From: Eledone cirrhosa
Lineage: Eukaryota
Direction: 5' to 3'
Length of the DNA: 64,000 nucleotides
NCBI GenBank assembly: GCA_964016885.1
Contig: OZ024761.1
Span: forward strand, 19,530,001-19,594,000
Under the pieces are notes generated by a model that had not been told where the DNA came from, made no database searches, and saw only the letters and a program-made list of their open reading frames with translations. This document shows positions 1 through 13,228 of the stretch, one piece after another. The position numbers and the translations under genes were made by a program. Position 1 is the stretch's first letter, and each line of letters opens with the position of its first letter.

Positions 1-20
1 CTCTATACACACACATCATC

Positions 21-61
<41 letters not shown>

Positions 62-173
62 CATCTATATATACACACACATCTCTGTATATATACACAC
101 ATATCTCTATATACACACACCCCTCTCTCATATATATATACTCACATATCTATATATACATATATACAAAACA

Positions 174-205
<32 letters not shown>

Positions 206-241
206 CACATATCTCTAACAATTACAATATTGTACAATTAC

Positions 242-258
242 CACTTTTGTTCCATAAT
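242..258 (-). CDS. Candidate 17-nt coding microexon of the unidentified minus-strand gene (YYGTKV)
   Basis: Minus strand reads ttatctgcAG|attatggaacaaaagtg|GTaatt; its phase 1 start matches the phase 1 end of candidate exon 2642-2674. No homology support. Confidence 0.3.
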
Positions 259-439
259 CTGCAGATAATTTAAATATAATGCTTCTATCATTCGTTTTTC
301 TTTTGTTGTGGTTGTTGTCTTGTTTTGTTTGTTCTCTCTGTAAATTGCTTCAATAAAATACAGACCCCATCACCACCATTGCCATTACCACCACCAACAT
401 CATCATCATCACCAAAGTAATTAGTGATAGATCTGATAC

Positions 440-1385
440 AAGGGAGATTTTAGTCTTGATGGACAACCTCTCTAGTGTTGGGGGCACAATAAAATACACC
501 CAGTACACTCTGTAAATTGGTTGGTGATAGGATAGATACTGTGCAGAGGGGAGATTTTTGTTCTTACAGACAACCTATCTAGTGTTGGTAGCAGTGTAAA
601 ATACACCCTGTACACTCTGTAAATTGGTTGAGGAAGATTTTAGCTCTTACAGACAACCTATCTAGTGTTGGTAGCAGTGTAAAATACACCCTGTACACTC
701 TGTAAATTGGTTGAGGAAGATTTTAGCTCTTACAGACAACCTATCTAGTGTTGGTAGCAGTGTAAAATACACCCAGTACACTCTGTAAATTGGTTGGGGA
801 AGATTTTAGCTCTTACAGACAACCTATCTAGTGTTGGTAGCAGTGTAAAATACACCCTGTACACTCTGTAAATTGGTTGAAGAAGATTTTAGCTCTTACA
901 GACAACCTATCTAGTGTTGGTAGCAGTGTAAAATACACCCTGTACACTCTGTAAATTGGTTGAGGAAGATTTTAGCTCTTACAGACAACCTATCTAGTGT
1001 TGGTAGCAGTGTAAAATACACCCTGTACACTCTGTAAATTGGTTGAGGAAGATTTTAGCTCTTACAGACAACCTATCTAGTGTTGGTAGCAGTGTAAAAT
1101 ACACCCAGTACACTCTGTAAATTGGTTGAGGAAGATTTTATTTCTTACAGACAACCTATCTAGTGTTGGTAGCAGTGTAAAATACACCCAGTACACTCTG
1201 TAAATTGGTTGAGGAAGATTTTAGTTCTTACAGACAACCTATCTAGTGTTGGTAGCAGTGTAAAATACACCCTGTACACTCTGTAAATTGGTTGAGGAAG
1301 ATTTTAGTTCTTACAGACAACCTATCTAGTGTTGGTGCGACAATAAAATGCACCCAGTACACTCTGTAAATTGGTTGGTAGTAGT
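440..1385. repeat. 83-bp tandem minisatellite, about 10 near-identical units, derived from a SINE-like body
   Basis: cagacaacctatctagtgttggtagcagtgtaaaatacaccc(t/a)gtacactctgtaaattgg recurs at 567, 650, 733, 816 ... 1314. Confidence 0.95.
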
Positions 1386-1479
1386 GAGAGCATCAGACCA
1401 GTAAAAACTATGCCAGATAGATAAAAAGAAATTTTACATGGATGTAAAAATGATGATCAAGTTAATGGATGTAATTGAT

Positions 1480-2101
1480 GTTATAGAATAGAAAGGGTGG
1501 AGGTGGAAGGGGAGGTGGTAGATACTTAAAGGTAGCAAGTATTGACAGTGGAGAGAGAGAGATATACAGAGAAAGGTGTAGAGAGACAGAGAGAGATATA
1601 TACAGAGGAAGGTGTAGAGAGAGAGAGATATATACAGAGGAAGGTGTAGAGAGAGAGAGAGAGAGAGATATACAGAGGAAGGTGTAGAGAGAGAGAGAGA
1701 TATATATACAGAGGAAGGTGTAGAGAGAGAGAGAGAGATATAGAGGAAGGTGTAGAGAGAGAGAGACAGACAGCCATCTACAGAGGAAGGTGTAGAGAGA
1801 GAGGGGGGAGACATATACAGAGGAAGGTGTAGAAAGAGAGATACTGATAAATAGAGGAAGTGACAGACAAAGAGATTAAGAGAGAGACAAACACAAACAG
1901 ATTTAGATAGAGAGAGAGGGGGACAGAGGGGGGTAGAGAGAGAGATGCAGATAGAGAGAGTGGGAGAGAGAAAGAGAGAGTGGGAGAGAGAAAGAGAGAG
2001 TGGGAGAGAGAAAGAGAGAGACAGAGAGCAAGGCAGATAAAGAGAGATAGGTAGACACATATTGAGTGAGAGGTATATATATATGTATGTATATATATAT
2101 G

Positions 2102-2163
<62 letters not shown>

Positions 2164-2358
2164 TAGATAGATAGAGAGAAAGACATATATTGAGACAGGC
2201 AGATATAGAAATAGATAGGCAGATAAATAGAGAGAGAGAGGGAGATGGAGAGAGAATGAAGCAGTTAGAGACATATAAACAGAGAGAGGGGGTGAGGCAA
2301 TTAGAGGTAGACAGACAGACAAACACTGACAGAGAGAGATAAAGAGAGGGAGATAGAC

Positions 2359-2399
<41 letters not shown>

Positions 2400-2420
2400 A
2401 TGAGAAATATGGAGACACAT
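1480..2420. repeat. Compound (AG)n/(TA)n microsatellite region
   Basis: Runs of agagag, tatata and a recurring agaggaaggtgt motif. Confidence 0.9.
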
Positions 2421-2641
2421 AATTTCAATAGTTAAAGAACTAGACATGGAATTATATAATGAAATAGTAAAGAAGAAGAAAAAGAACAAGAAAAGAAACG
2501 TGAGTGGGAAGGGGAAAGTGAGGGGGTGGGTGGGGAGAACGAGAGTGAATAAAATCGAAGCTAATCGATAACAGAAAAAAATCGAATCTACCACCATTTT
2601 GTCTAGCATCTCCACCCCCTTCCCCACATTAAATAACTAAC

Positions 2642-2674
2642 ACAACAGATTTCTTTGCTTTCTATCTAAATCAA
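2642..2674 (-). CDS. Candidate 33-nt coding microexon of the unidentified minus-strand gene (IDLDRKQRNLL)
   Basis: Minus strand tctccccgtgcAG|ttgatttagatagaaagcaaagaaatctgttgt|GTtagt; phase 1-1, continues the frame from exon 11950-12130; a unique-sequence island among repeats. Confidence 0.4.
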
Positions 2675-2913
2675 CTGCACGGGGAGATTTTGAAAAGGTG
2701 GTGGTAAGTGGTATGGTGGGGTGGTGGTAGTACGGTAGGGGTGGTGGTAAGTGGTATGGTGGTGGTATGGTAGGGGTGATGGTAGGCGTGGTAGTGGTAG
2801 GCGTGGTAGTGGTATGGTAAAGGTGTTGGTGGTAGTGGTATGGGTATATTAATGCTAGTGGTAGAGGTGCTGGTGGTACTGGTAGTATGGTAAGGGGTCC
2901 CAACGTGTATGTG

Positions 2914-3900
2914 CTTTGGTGGAGAGCTTTGTGTATCTTGGAAGAACACTTAGTAGAGATGGTACCCTTGATGTTGAAATAGATCACAGGATTCCGAAAG
3001 CAAATCTTGCCTTCGAGAAGCTTGAGCAGCAAGTCTGGTCAAATCAGGGTATCATGAAAAGCACAGAGCTCTCTATGTATGAGGCCCGTGATCTTACAGC
3101 CCTGCTATATGGATGTGAAACTTGGACAATTTACAGGCATCATATCAGGTAGTTCGAAAGATTTCATCAGCATTGTATACGATGCATCCTGGACATCAAA
3201 TGGACCCCTTACACACCTGATGCTGTGGTACTTGAGAAAGCGTGTAGCACCAGTATTGAGAAGAGGATTATTATGAACCAGATGGGTTGGGCTGGTCATG
3301 TGGTCATGATGGAAGCTGGAAGGCTGCCTAAACAGTTATTTTATGGGGAGCTGACCAGACGAAAAAGGCCACAGCATAAACCAAAGAGGCAGTTTAAAGA
3401 TGTCATAAAAGACAATCTTAAAGCCCTGAAGATTGATATGGAGAACTGGGAGAGACTGGCTGAAGGCATAGATCATGGAGATCATGGAGAAAGATCATCA
3501 AATATGGATGTGATGTCTTTGAGAAAAAGTGAGTGGAGCATGCTGTTTTGCAGTGTTCACTTCATAAGCGAGATTCAAGTGCAATGTCTGCAAAAATTCA
3601 GCAGGAATTGTGGCCGATTTCTTCTAACATGAGCTAGTTTAGTTAACCAACTGAAATCACGCGAGCTGGGAAGAAATTGAGCAAACTGTGAGATGGTTCT
3701 ACCACCACACACTCCATGGTGCATTTGCAATGAGTGTGGCTTAATTTGCAGGTCAGCGGGTGAACTGACCAGACAAGGTAAATGCATGAAAACACACCCC
3801 AGCCAGTATTGCCAGGAGACAGACAGTTCAAGTGTCACGTCTGTGAACAGACCTGCAAGACAAAAGCAGGTCTGTAAAGTCACCTTCGTGCACATGATCG
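2914..3900 (+). mobile_element. Degraded RTE-clade LINE, 3' part of the reverse transcriptase ORF
   Basis: Translations VESFVYLG, LLYGCETWT, WAGHVVMM..RLPKQLFYGEL..KPKRQFKD and a C-terminal Cys/His remnant; broken by stops and frameshifts. Confidence 0.85.
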
Positions 3901-3964
3901 AACAGTGTTCAATGAAGAGATGGCACTCTTCTGACAAGAAGTAGTAATCAACATATATATACAT

Positions 3965-4296
3965 TTTTTCATTTTACGTCCGCTTTTCCCTGCTTGCAAG
4001 GGTGGGACGGGAACTGATTCTGGCTTGATTTCTACGGCTGGATGCCCTTCCTAACACCAACCTCATTTACAGTGAGTGCTGGGTGCTTTTTTTGCCGTGG
4101 CACCTACACGACCACTTTGCAGTGGAATGATAGGGACCCCAGTCCCTATCATCTCATTTCTACAGCTGAGTAAACTGGAGCAATGTGAAATAAAGTGTCT
4201 TGCTCAAGTACACAACACATCACCCGGTCTGAGAACTGAACTCACAACCTTTCGATTGCAAGGCCAATGCTCTAACCACTAAGCCATGTGCCTCCA
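3965..4296 (-). mobile_element. tRNA-derived SINE (family S2), full length
   Basis: tRNA-like head (tggcttagtggttagagc...gagttcagttctc), ttgagcaagacacttt core, gaaaagcggacgtaaaatga tail; near-identical copies at 4739, 43757, 60055 and 63090. Confidence 0.85.
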
Positions 4297-4467
4297 ATAT
4301 ATATATATATATATATTTACATAAACAACACAATATAATTTTTCCATGACCAAAGGTTTCAGGAAACTAGATGGATTGTCTAGTTTCTTGTTTATTATGT
4401 CATTAAATAGCTCTGTATTATATATAGAGCACTCTTCTTTCCTTTACCTTTTCTACGGAAATACTTA

Positions 4468-4501
<34 letters not shown>

Positions 4502-4738
4502 GTACGGGTGTGTGTGTATGAGTTATAGGATGATACTTGTTAATGTCATAGGAATCTAAGCAAGAAGACGTGTGTGTGTGTGTACATTCCCGAATGGTGC
4601 CAGGGGGTAACCGCAGTTTAAAAAAATAGGTACTCAATACACTCAAAACGTTGGTTATATATATATATATATATATAAAAAAGATGAAATCGAAAATGCA
4701 ACTGGAGTCTAATTTAAAAAAAAAATATATATATATAT

Positions 4739-5060
4739 GGAGGTACATAGCTTAGTGGTTAGAGCATTGGCCTTGCAATCGAAAGGTTGTGAGATCAATT
4801 CTCAGACCGGGTGATGTGTTGTTTCCTTGAGCAAGATACTATATTTCACATTGCTCCAGTTTACTCAGCTGTAGAAATGAGATGATAGGGGCTGGTGTCC
4901 CTATCATTCCACTGCAAAGTGGTCGTGGAGGTGCCACGGCAAAAAAGCACCCAGCACTCACTGTAAGGAAGGGCATCCAGCTGTAGAAATAAAGCCAGAA
5001 TCAGTTCCCGTCCCACCCTTGCAAGCAGGGAAAAGCAGACGTTAAATGAAATGATTGAAA
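4739..5060 (+). mobile_element. tRNA-derived SINE (family S2), full length
   Basis: Inverted near-copy of 3965-4296 with an A/B-box-like head and (atga)n-like tail. Confidence 0.85.
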
Positions 5061-5189
5061 TGAATGATGATTTATTTGGTTCCTTTACCGGTTTCGCAGT
5101 TCTTCTGCTTTTCAAAAGTAGAGTTTAGATGGAGGGTCTGCAAGCAGGGAAAAGCGGACGTAAAATGATGATGATGATATATATAAATG

Positions 5190-5285
5190 ACTTCTACAAG
5201 ACTAAAAATGTTTCCTTCGTATGCAATCATCAGGAATGTTCTGATGATTCCATACGAATGAAACAGTTCTAGTCTTGTAGAAGTA
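5190..5285. ncRNA. Fold-back pair of degenerate hammerhead-ribozyme motifs (family A)
   Basis: + arm: CTGATGA ttccatacgaat GAA ACAG ttctagtc TTGT A gaag (from 5241); inverted copy immediately to the left. Confidence 0.55.
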
Positions 5286-5316
5286 TTTTCTCTCTTCCTC
5301 TCACATATCTAATCTA

Positions 5317-5351
<35 letters not shown>

Positions 5352-7246
5352 GCATACACAGACAGACACACACATATATAGACAGGTATAGCTGGAAGCT
5401 TTGAAAGGTATGCTATATCCAGAGGCAATAATTAGAGAGGTGGAGGTGTAGAGTTAAAAATGAGATATCTCTACAAGAACATTATCATCATTAGCAGGAA
5501 TGACAGCAGACAGAGTCTTAGAGGATGGAGAGAAAGATGTAGGGATGAGGGAGGGATGAATAAGAAATGGTGAAGCTAAGGATAGAGAGAACGTGAAAAG
5601 TGTGTCGGATGAGAAGACATGCATTACATCATCGTAAACACGTTTATGTGTGTAGCAACATATATATATGTGTGTGTATGTGTTTATATGGACTATATCA
5701 AGTGTTTAACTAATATATATATAGAGTGTCCTAAAAATGTATACACACTTCAGAAGTCTAATAAATATTGTCTGTACAGGTAATCAAAATGTGTATACAT
5801 TTCTTTAGGACAGCCTCTATGTATGTGTGTGTGTGTATACGTAAAATCCTTACTTTCTCAGGTTCTTTGATCTATCTATCTTGATATTAAATGTATGCTT
5901 GTTCTTATATATTTCTAATTTTAGAGAGAGAGAGAGAGAGAGAGAGAGAACCATATATCCAGAGAAGACACAATCTACACATTTGTGTGTGTATATATAT
6001 ATATATATGTATATATATAGTATTTTGCATGTATGTATATATATATAAACGGTGATGATTTATATACAGTATCTTTGTATTTCCACTTCTATGTATGAAG
6101 CCTACCAATAGTGTATGTGTGTCTGTATATATATATATACACACACACTATATATATACCGACACCACCCACTACACCACCCATACTCTGTACTTTCAAT
6201 ACAACTGTTATACTTATGTTTAAAATATGACCATCATGTGGTAGTAAGTGTGTCTATGTCCAAATATTCATGTGTGTGTTCATGTGTGTGTGTGTGTGTG
6301 TGTGTAAACGTCAATGTACACGTGTATATTCGTGTGTGTGTGTATATGTCCGAACATTCATGCGTGTGTGTATGTGTGTGTGTCAGAATATCCATGTGTG
6401 TATGATGATATGTGTGTGTGTGTGTGTGTGTAAGCGTCAATGTACACGAGTATATTCGTGTGTGTGTCCGAATATTCATATGATGTGCCTATGTGCTTGT
6501 ATGTATGTCCGAATATTCGTGTGTGTGTGTGTGTGTCAGAATATCCATGTGTGTGTGTGTCAAAATATCCATGTGTGTGTATGATATGTGTGTGTGTGTG
6601 TAAGCGTCAATGTACACATGAGTATATTCGTGTGTGTGTGTGTGTGTGTGTGTGTGTAAGTGTCGATGTACACATGAGTATATTCGTGTGAGTGTATGTG
6701 TGTGTATGTCCGAATACTCATGCGCGTGTGTCTAAGTGTTTGTGCGTATGTCTGAATATTCAGGTTTGTGTGAGTGTGTTCATGCATCTGTGTGTATGCG
6801 TGACTGTGTGTGTGAGTGCTTGTGTGTATGAAAGGACGGATGTACACTAGAATGTATTGATGTGTGTGTGTGTGTGTGTGTGTATTAGCATGTATGTTTG
6901 TGTGTTAGTATATGTGTGTGTTTGAAATCGCAAATGTGCTCTGGAGTGTATTCATATATGTGTGTGTATGTCTGTATATTCGCATGTGTGTTTATGTCAG
7001 TATGTGTGTATGTAAGCGCAGATGTGCGTGTCCGTCCGTACACGTACGAGTGTGTATGTGTGCACGTGAATGTGTCGGTATGGACACTACATGCATATCA
7101 CATCCAGTGTATGGTCTTACGTAAGTATGGTACATCTGGGATTAAAGCATCTTTTTTTAAGGGCAATAGTATGAGATAGAAGGGAGTTAAACCATCCTCT
7201 ACATGCATCGATATACAAACACTATATATTCATATATACCACACAC

Positions 7247-7286
<40 letters not shown>

Positions 7287-7505
7287 TATATACCACACAC
7301 ACAATATATATATATTCATATATACGCACACACACATATATATATATATACTCAATGTATACATATATATACTTATATAATAACACTGTATTGCATTCAT
7401 AATGTATAGATATATACTTGCATAGTACACACACATACTCATATAAACATATACACACTCAATGTAAACACACTCACAATGCATGCAAATTCTATATAAA
7501 TATAT

Positions 7506-7586
<81 letters not shown>

Positions 7587-7790
7587 GAATAAAAAAAATA
7601 ACAATGCAGGTTAACGTAAAAAAGCCTTAAACTAAACAGACGATAAACGAGACGAGACACACCTCCATAACAAACATCCACAAGCTATCGAAACAGTCGT
7701 AATGTAGTCACTCTAGATGCTAGTAATAACAGTCAAATTCCTCACTAAATTAACACCATAACGTTTTAAATAAAGAAGGAAGCATAGAAC

Positions 7791-7826
<36 letters not shown>

Positions 7827-7910
7827 ATACACACACTACTTCCTCATAGTATTTTTGTATCTGTTTTTGTCTTGTCATTTCTTGAACTATATATATATAT
7901 ATATATATAT

Positions 7911-8114
7911 AACGAAGGAATTGTGGTAAGGAACCAGATGGACCATAACGCACCAGAGTACTCAATACTTAGGGTAGTAGAGTGGGTAATAGGAAAAAGT
8001 ATGGCCCCCGACGGCAGAGCTCAAGCCGTTTCGACGGCTATTTCTGGACTGAAATAGTCCAGAAATAGCCGTCGAAACGGCTTGAGCTCTGCCGTCGGGG
8101 TCATACCTTTTCCT
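7911..8114. mobile_element. Family B short element in fold-back form, carrying the 3' half of a hammerhead-like motif
   Basis: About 60-bp inverted arms around ~8052; GAA ACGGC ttgagctct GCCGT C; flanked by (TA)n. Relatives at 12320, 16938, 23121, 38376, 54860, 58022 and 60716. Confidence 0.7.
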
Positions 8115-8479
8115 ATATATATATATATATACTAAACCGTATGGTCACATCTGGAACGCCTTTGATCATAGGTATGCCAGTGCTAGGTGAGCGATGACTC
8201 GGGGCTAAACAAGAACAACAACAAGCACCATACTAATATTATCATATAGTACTACCAATGTGTGACAGAGCGGTGATTTTTCCCACTAGTCAGACACAGA
8301 CACCACACATGGTCTAACCATTATTACAGGTGACAAGTCGGATGATATAAGATGACACGGGGGGGGGGGGGGGGGGGGGGGGGGGGGCTTGCTTCTTTTT
8401 TTTTTTTTACCCTCGAAATCTTCAGAGATTCGAATCCAGATACTGGAGCTTTCGCCTTAATTCTTTTTATTATTAAGTA

Positions 8480-9280
8480 GCCGAGTGATCCGAGTTCAAA
8501 TCCCGCCGAGGTTAACTTTGCCTTTCATCCTTACGGGGTCAATAAAATAAAGTACCAGTAATGTACTGAGGTCGATTTTAATCGACTTTCCCCTACCCCA
8601 AAATTGCTGGCCTTGTGCCTAGCATAGTTACGTCCCTTTACGGTCCGAGTTCAAATCCCGTCGAGATTAACTTTGCCTTTCATCCTTATGGGGTCGATAA
8701 AATAAAGTACCAGTAATACACTGGGATAATTGCTGGCCCTGTGCCATAAAGTAGAAACAATTATTAAGTAGCCGAATGATCTGAGTTCAAATCCCGCCGA
8801 AGTTAACTTTGCCTTTCATCCTTACGGGGTCGATAAAATAAAGTACCAGTAATGTACTGAAGAATTGCTGGCCTTGTGCCACAAATAGAAACAATTAAGT
8901 AACAATTCCATGTAACATTGGTTCATGGCCAGAAATATGTGAGAAGAGGAAGTTGATTGTATCGACTTCTAAATTGATGGAAATAATGGTTTCTGATTTA
9001 GGCACAAGGCCAACAAATTTTTTTTGGGGGGTGGGTGGGGTCGATTAAATGATCCCCAGTGCATTACTGGTACTTTATTTTATCGACCCCATAAAGATGA
9101 AAATAATAAAGGTCTCGTCTCTGATTTAGGCACAAGGCCAACAATTTTGGAAGGAGAGAGGTTGAAGTCAATTAAATCGACCCAGTGCGTTGCTGGTACT
9201 TTATTTTCTCAACCCACATAAGGATGAATAACAAAAATATGATTCTTTCTTTTCGCTGGTCACAAGGCCAGTTTTTGTGG
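8480..9280. mobile_element. Cluster of truncated tRNA-derived SINE (family S1) copies: three on +, then inverted copies
   Basis: gagttcaaatcccgccgaggttaactttgcctttcatccttacggggtcgataaaataaagtaccagt repeated; tail tgctggccttgtgcc...agaaacaatta. Confidence 0.85.
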
Positions 9281-11327
9281 GAGGCGACCACAACAGATTG
9301 AATTTGGCTCTATTGTAATAGTACACATACGTACATACACACATATAAAACACACACACACACACACACACACACCATAGTTCTCGTTAATTTATTTAAA
9401 CTATCATAACTCACAACTCACTACTTTGCTAGTCTCTTATCTATTAATTGTTAATAGTGTTAATTAGATATATATTTTAATATAATAATATTTATTTACC
9501 GACAAAATAACACTATAGAATAAGTGTTAACATAGTTGGTTGAGATACCAGCCGGAAATATGGTCAGAAATGTTATTACTATGCATAAGAATGCCTCAAA
9601 TTTTGATGATTAAAAATAAATATTAGATTTTTAATCATATTGTTTAACCCTCTTCATACCAAACTGCCCCTGGTTCTATGATACAAAACAGCCCCTGGTT
9701 CTATGATACAAAACTGCCCCTGGTTCTATGATACCAAACCGCTCCTGGTTCTATAACAATCTGCTTATTTAAAAATATTTATCTAAAAATTTGATGATTT
9801 TTAAAAAAAATTATTTTTTTATAATTAAATAATGTTTAACCCTCTTGATACCAAACCACCCCTGGTTCTATGATACAAAACTGCTAATTTTAAAATGTTT
9901 ATATTTATCTAAAATTTAAAAAAAAAAACTTCCATCATGATTTTTTGTAACAACCGTCGTTAAACTTCTTTCCAAACACCAGTTTGGTTTAGAGTATTTT
10001 CAAATTTATTTGATAATCAAAAGTGCAGTCTCTTTCATTAAAAATATAGAAATACGCTAAGGAAATTGTTTAATTAATATTTAACACTAATTTTCAACAG
10101 TTAATAAACAAAGGACAGGCGAAGTTCTAATTATGTTATAAAGAACGTAAGAACGAATTTTATAATCGAATAATGGTTTCGTTATTAGCCACACAGGGTT
10201 TACATTAAAAGAACAATAAAAACAGTACAGGATGGGTACAGTATGGGATAATAATAATTGTTTCTACTTTAGGCACAAGGCCAGCAAATACCCAGTGCAT
10301 TACTGGTACTTTATTTTATCGACCCCGTAAGGATGAAAGGCAAAGTCAACCTCGGCGGGATTTGATAATAATAATTTCTTTGTTAGCCACACAGGGTTTA
10401 CATTAAAAGGACAATAAAGACGACACTGTGGCAATAATAAATATATGATAGGACCCGTGTTGTATAGTAGTGCCTTATATACTATTGTTGGGGGTTTTCA
10501 TCTTTCTCAACAGCCCCACAAATTACAACTGGTATTGGAATGTATTCCGAACCAAACCCAGAGAGATTACGACAGTGAAAGTCAAGTGAAAGTCAGCAGA
10601 AACCAACGAACCAGACCAAATTCTTCATTTGTTTTGACTTAAGTACAGACTGCAATCACACACATACACACACTCTTCGAAATAAATAATAAAAGATGTT
10701 TTATATGGTATAAATGAAAACTAGCGTATTACTGGTACATGAAACGTATTTGCTTTACTGCAGCTCTTGACCCCAGAGGGGAGGAAATTCAAAAGACTCC
10801 CCCGGTGACATTTGAAAACAAAATAATATCAAGAGACTAAAATAGATTTTAGTAAAGTATATGTACTTGTATGTGTGTGTATGTATGTAAGGGTATGTGT
10901 GTGTGAGTTGGTATGTGAGGGTATGAATGTGTGTGCATGTATGTGATGGTATAAATGTATGTGTGCACGTATGTATTTGTACGTGAGTGTATGTGTGTGT
11001 GTTTAGGATGCACTTTCATTCAACCGAGTAATCAGACCAATTTTCATGAAAGAAGAATGAAGAGAAAAGCTAGACTTCCCATGTAACCCCATACATATAT
11101 CTGGTACTTAATTTATCGATGGGAGAAACAGAAAAAAAAAGAGGAATCTGTATCTATATATATATGAATGTAGAAAGGTTTGGGGGGGTTGAAAATTATA
11201 GATATAATATACACGCGCGCACACGAACGTTTTGATTTTGAAACACGAGGGAAAGTGGTCAATAGTAAAGCAGAATATTATTAATGTACTGGGTAATTGC
11301 TGGCCTTGTGCCAAAAGTAGAAACAAT

Positions 11328-11381
<54 letters not shown>

Positions 11382-11429
11382 CCGAAACTACTCTAAATTT
11401 CACGGAAACTCCGAGAAACAACAGAGGAT

Positions 11430-11469
<40 letters not shown>

Positions 11470-11949
11470 TACACATTTATGTAGGATCCGGAAATATATC
11501 GGAAGGCGACCACTAGTATATTCATATATATATATATATATATCCGTCTGTTGTTGACGGATAGGAGAAAAGAGTACTCAATACAGAAGTAGAGTTTAAA
11601 TATTGAGTCGTTACACTGGCGAAACTCCTGAGTAACAAGACTCATTATTTTGCCTCAATAAAATGAATATATATATTTCTTTATTTATATATAGATAGAA
11701 ATTATATATAGATAGATTTCTTTATTTATATATATATATAGAGAGAGAGAGAGATCTGTGTGTGTGTGTGTGTTTATATATATATATATATATGATTGAG
11801 AGTGTGTTTATATATACATATATATATATGATTGAGAGTGTGTTTAAGAGAGAGAGAGAAACTGAGAAAGCAACAGTGTGTAGAAATGTTATGTTTGTTG
11901 AAGAAATTCAATACAACCAAGTACTTGTCACTTGCGTTTTTTTACTTAC

Positions 11950-12130
11950 TGGATATATTCAAGGCGGGGTACTCCCTCGTTCGTTCTGCTGCTATGCTGG
12001 TCAACATACGTTGTAGTGACGTCTGTTCCACACATGTTGGTATCGTTATTTGCTCGCCACTGTCCGAATATTCGTCCGAAGCATCGTTATTCGAGTCTTC
12101 TTCCACCCTCTCTTCCTCATCGTCAGCCAT
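11950..12130 (-). CDS. Probable first coding exon of an unidentified protein (MADDEEERVEEDSNNDASDEYSDSGEQITIPTCVEQTSLQRMLTSIAAERTREYPALNIS)
   Basis: CpG-rich unique sequence; good start context gcaaagATGgct; consensus donor |GTAAGT at 11949; acceptor cttttacAG at 12249-12250, so the exon would be 11950-12248. Family not recognised. Confidence 0.65.
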
Positions 12131-12425
12131 CTTTGCTGCACCGACCGCTCGCGAGGGGGCGCTGCCACCTATGGTTGCAGTGTGGGGGGTGGCGGTGTTA
12201 GAGCGAGAAGGGGTACCTGCTGCTGATGCTGTCGTCGCTGCTCTGTTCCTGTAAAAGGGGTGAATGTGTTGGCTATAGTATAAGTGCAACATGTGTAGAG
12301 TGTATGTGTATATATATATGAAAATGTTCAAGACCCCGACCGCAGAGCTCAAGCCGTTTCGACATATATGTGTGTGTATTATGTATTATTACGCACACAC
12401 ATATATATATATATATCCATAGTGC

Positions 12426-12461
<36 letters not shown>

Positions 12462-13157
12462 TGGTGACTTCCCATTTCACATATACGCAAACTAAACAAA
12501 CCCCCTTTCTCTCATGCACATCCATATATGTATCCTGTGTATATATATATATATACACTCGTTGTTTTATTGTGTAATGGCTGAGTATTCCACGGACTCG
12601 TGTAACTCTTTACCTAGTTCTCAGGGAGATTCAGCATGACACAGTGTGTGACAAGGCTGACCCATTGAATTACAGGTACAGTCCATCTTGTATTATAGTG
12701 GCTGAACATTCTACAGACATGTGTACACTTTACGTAATTCTCAGGGAGATTCAGTATGACAGTCTGTGACAATGCTGACCGTTTGAATGTTTGAATTACA
12801 TGTGCTGTCCATCTGACAGGCTTCCGCACAGTTTCCGTAAACCTAATTTACCACTCACAAGGACCAAAGCTTGGGTTCACCCGAGGGTGTGGTAAATGAC
12901 CCTTGCCCAAGATGGCAAGCAGTGGGATCGAACGTGGGACCCTGTGATTGAGAAGCGAACTTCTGAACTATCTGCCTGGCAACACCATCGAAAGAGACGC
13001 TAAAAATAGCAGCCAAATCTACCTGCTATCTGGAAACACTGCTGTCGTACATCAAATGGAAGGGAATATTAGGCAGTGTAATCCTACTGGAGAGCCATAT
13101 CTGGATTGCCTTTGGTCATGAGTCTGATCGTGGCTGAACTGAGTCTAAACAGGAGAT

Positions 13158-13228
<71 letters not shown>

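Noticed and set aside
440-1385. CRISPR-like appearance of regular arrays (also 33442-34086, 41328-41975, 49950-50935)
   Set aside because: Head-to-tail tandem units with no unique spacers, no cas genes, eukaryotic context.
4739-4810. tRNA-like sequence with a GCA-like loop
   Set aside because: No proper acceptor stem or terminator; continues into a SINE body, so it is a SINE head.
8359-8388. ~30-nt poly-G run as a functional G-quadruplex
   Set aside because: Isolated homopolymer with unreliable length and no supporting context.
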